From assembly GCF_902713615.1 (NCBI RefSeq), contig NC_052168.1, forward strand, positions 5,580,001-5,644,000: a DNA stretch of 64,000 bases, in the 5' to 3' direction. The notes under the pieces were generated by a model that worked only from the letters and a program-made list of their open reading frames with translations, had not been told where the DNA came from and ran no database searches. This document shows positions 61,201-64,000 of this stretch, one piece after another. The stretch comes from Scyliorhinus canicula. Its lineage: Eukaryota. Position numbers and translations under genes: made by a program. Numbering within the stretch: the first letter of the stretch is position 1; each line of letters opens with the position of its first letter.

Positions 61201-63168
61201 AATTTCTCACCCTCAAACTGAATGTGAAATTCTATCATGTTATGATCGCTCTTACCTAGAAGATCCTTTGCTATGAAGCCATTAATTAATCCTGTCTAAT
61301 TACACATTACTAAGTCTAAAATGGCCTGTTCCCTGGGTGGTTCCAGAACAGCCCGGTAGCACAGTGGGCAGCACTATTGCTTCACGGCTCCAGGGTCCCA
61401 GGTTCGATTTCCGATTGGGTCACTGTGGAGTCTGCACGTTTTCCCAGTGTTTGCGTGGGTTTCACCTGGGTGCTCCGGTTTCCTCCCGAAAGACGTGCTA
61501 TTCGGTAATTTGGACATTCTCCCTCTGTGTACCCGAACAGGTGACGGAATGTGGCGACTAGGGGCTTTTCACAATAACTTCATTGCAGTGTACTGTAAGC
61601 CTACTTGTGACAATAAACATACTGTTCTAAGGAATTGTCGCAATTATACTCTAATGAACTTCAGGCTACGTTTGCCAATTTGATGCATCCAATCTTAAAC
61701 AGTGAGGATCTGCTGGAATTCTGTCCTGAGATGTGTCCGTTGAATGGGACCCGCTGGATTTTCTCCTCACATTGTTGGAATTTTTTTCCTGGGACATCCT
61801 GTATTGAATGGAATGCTCTGGAATTTCCTCCTGGAATGTGTCAGTTTCTTCTTGGGACGTGCTGTGACTGACGCAGGTACTGGGATTTCTTCTTGGGAAA
61901 TGCATGCTCCCTCCTGTGGTGTGCTGAGATTCTACATTGGAAGATGCTGCAATTCCCTACTTGGATACCCCTGAATTCACCACTGGGATTCCCTCTTCGG
62001 ATGTGCTGGGATTGGGATTTGCTTGGATTCCCTGTGGGGATTCTTTATTGGGCTGTGCTGGGATTACCTGTTTGGATATGCTGGGTCTGTTGGGATGTGA
62101 TGAAATTCTGTTGGGGTGTGGCAGAATTCTGTTATGGCATGCTGGGATTATCTGTTGGTGTCTTTGGGATTTCCCTGTTGGGACATGCTGGAATTGCCTG
62201 CTGGGTGTACTGGGGCATGCTGGGATTCCCTGTTTGGGTGCACTAGGAACGCCTGCTGGGTGTGGTGGTGGGGATGTGCTAGGATTGCCTGCTGGGTATA
62301 CTGTGATTTCTAGTTGCAGTGTGTTGGGATTCCCAATTGGGGGTGTGCTGGGATTGCCTGCTGGTGGTGCTGGGATTGCCTGCTGGGGGTGCTGGATTCC
62401 CGGCTGGGATTGCCTGCTGGGATTGCCTGCTGGGAGTGTACTTAGATTGCCTGCTGGGGTTGCTGGGATTCCCTGCTGGAATTGCCTGGTGGTGCTGGGA
62501 TTGCCTGCTGGAATTGGCTGGTGGTGCTGGGATTGCCTGCTTGTGTGCTGGGATTGGCTGCTGGGGGGGTTGCTGGGATTGGCTGCTGGGATTGCCTGCT
62601 GGGGGGGGGGGGGGGTGCTGGGATAGCCTGCTGGGTGGGTGCTGGAATTGCCTGCTGGGGGGTGCTGGGATTGGCTGCTGGGGGGGGGGTTTGCTGGGAT
62701 TTGCTTGGGGGGGGGGGGTGCTGGGATTGCCTGCTGGGTGGGTGCTGGAATTGCTTGCTGGGGGGGTGCTGGGATTGGCTGCTGGGGGGGGGGGGGGTTG
62801 CTGGGATTGGCTGCTGGGGGGGGGGGGGGTTGCTGGGATTGTCTGCTGGGGGGGGGGGGGGTGCTGGGATTGCCTGCTGGGAGGGGGGGGGGTGCTGGGA
62901 TTGCCTGCTGGGAGCACCGGGCTCTCACCATGGACAGGTAGACGTAGGAGGCGGTCAGCTCCTGGTTGATCTGTCTGTTGATGCCATCCTCACATTCCCG
63001 CGGGTAATTCAGGCCGCTCCCTCGGCCCTGCGACCCCCTCCGGATCAGCAGCTGCGGCCCGGCGGCGGGGGAGCGGCAGAGCGAGAGCGGGCCGGGCCGG
63101 CACAGGAGGCGGCAGCCGGGCTGCAGGCCCAGCCACAGGCCGGGCAGGAGGCCCCACAGGCTGCCCAT
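52143..63168 (-). CDS. Ferritin C with N-terminal extension, 222 aa; complement(join(52143..52298,56656..56781,56893..57039,62929..63168))
   Basis: GT-AG exons of 240/147/126/156 nt at ferritin-conserved positions; ...[35 protein letters not shown]...QSLEEQEH.../KPKQDEWG...LHLEK.../[13 protein letters not shown]...[15 protein letters not shown]; no frameshift or internal stop. Confidence 0.93.
54490..55055 (+). mobile_element. CR1 LINE 3' fragment in intron 3 of ferritin C
   Basis: [52 protein letters not shown]. Confidence 0.92.
55418..56552 (+). mobile_element. CR1 LINE RT and 3' fragment in intron 3 of ferritin C
   Basis: [41 protein letters not shown] peptides. Confidence 0.93.
56656..57039 (-). 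CDS. Ferritin C exons 2 (56893-57039) and 3 (56656-56781)
   Basis: ORF 56626..57057 reads through both exons and the in-frame 111-nt intron; donors GTTAGC and GTGAGT. Confidence 0.95.
58450..59079 (+). mobile_element. LTR-like repeat; related copy ends at ~9645-9800
   Basis: Shared 3' sequence CAAATAAACTGAAATATTGGGG...GGTCCAGTATCC...TCTGGTCTGGGAT; interrupts a minus-strand CR1. Confidence 0.55.
61700..62912. repeat. Low-complexity (GCTGGGATTGCCTGCTG-Gn) repeat in intron 1 of ferritin C
   Basis: Direct inspection; degenerates progressively away from exon 1. Confidence 0.9.
62929..63168 (-). CDS. Ferritin C exon 1: putative targeting presequence plus helix A
   Basis: 80 codons from the only in-frame ATG before the ferritin domain to the donor ATG|GTGAGA. 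Confidence 0.85.
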
Positions 63169-63432
63169 GGGAGCGCGGACAGGCCGCGGCGTGAGGGGCG
63201 GGGCGAGCGCGCGGCCGCCGGGACTGCCGATTGGCCGCTAAGGCGGGCGCCATATTGGGAAGGGCGTGTGGCGGCGGGTCCGGGCGGCCGCCATTTTGAG
63301 CGGTTCCACATTAGTGTCTCCTTCCTTCCGCCATTTTGGGGTGTGGCAGACCCTCCGCCATGTTGGGTGTGGCCAACCCTTCGCCCTGTTGGCTGTGGAA
63401 GACCCTCCACCATGTTGGGTGTGGCAGACCCT
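63169..63432 (-). promoter_or_regulatory. CpG-rich, apparently TATA-less promoter of ferritin C: GC box 63195-63204, CCAAT 63230 and 63254, YY1-like CCGCCATTTT 63288 and 63328
   Basis: High CpG density and motif matches; no CAGTG-loop IRE seen. Confidence 0.65.
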
Positions 63433-64000
63433 CCTCCCAACCTGGCCCATGTTTGCCTCTGGCTGCTCCATGGAGAGGGCCACAGCACAGAAGGAGGCCA
63501 CCCGGCCCGTCGTGTCCACGTCAGCTCACGGCCTGCGCAACTCGCCCACGCCCCGCAATCTATTTCCCAGAGCCCATTCGATTCCACTTGAAAAATCACG
63601 ATCGAATTCACCTGTGTTCGGGCATCGCGCTCTGGATCTTGCTGCCCGGTGAAAGTATTTCATCGGAATTAGGAGCAGAAGTCAGCAAGTCAGCCCTTGA
63701 GCCTGCTCCGCCATTCAATCAGATCGTGGCCGATCTCTTCCTGGTATCAAATCCACCTCCCTATCTGTTCCCCAAAGAACAAAGAAAAGTACAGCACAGA
63801 AACAGGCCCTTCGGCCCTCCAAGCCTGTGCCGACCATGCTGCCCGTCTAAACTAAAATCTTCTACCGGGGTCCGTATCCCTCTATTCCCATCCTATTCAT
63901 GTATTTGTCAAGATGCCCCTTAAACGTCACTATTGTCCCTGCTTCCACCACCTCCTCCGGCAGCGAGTTCCAGGCACCCACTACCCTCTGTTTGAAAAAC

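Noticed and set aside
61957-62928. Pro/Gln-rich remainder of the 403-aa ORF
   Set aside because: Read-through into intron 1 repeat past the conserved ferritin donor at 62928
63055-63069. PAAGP in the ferritin C extension, recalling a similar stretch I remember in human FTMT
   Set aside because: Five low-complexity residues from GC-rich codons at a different offset; not evidence of orthology

Overview
Vertebrate genomic DNA, most likely a shark or ray (inferred from dense V-SINE/HE1-like SINEs, CR1 LINE fragments and a 69-bp minisatellite). The window holds a cluster of three ferritin genes. (A) Exon 1 of a divergent ferritin on the minus strand (1065-1166); the rest lies outside the window and the ORF track misses it. 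(B) A complete 4-exon, 176-aa H/M-type ferritin on the plus strand (46601-48500) with a canonical 5' iron-responsive element and a CCAAT/ARE/GC/TATA promoter. (C) A complete 4-exon, 222-aa ferritin on the minus strand (52143-63168). It has no visible IRE, a CpG-rich promoter and a ~46-aa Arg-rich, acid-free N-terminal extension, making it a candidate intron-containing mitochondrial (or secreted) ferritin. The second main observation is a ~1.2-kb non-coding element at 3418-4628. It starts with 24 nt of 28S rRNA running up to the R2 retrotransposon target site and folds into a complete HDV-like ribozyme. It sits outside rDNA, in a CR1 fragment whose reconstructed empty site mimics the R2 target, so it is a candidate non-autonomous R2 derivative. 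The remainder is repeats: SINEs, CR1/L2/Rex LINE fragments, solo LTRs, a Gypsy integrase fragment, a hAT transposase fossil, Harbinger-like MITEs and tandem repeats. Repeat boundaries are approximate and only representative copies are listed.
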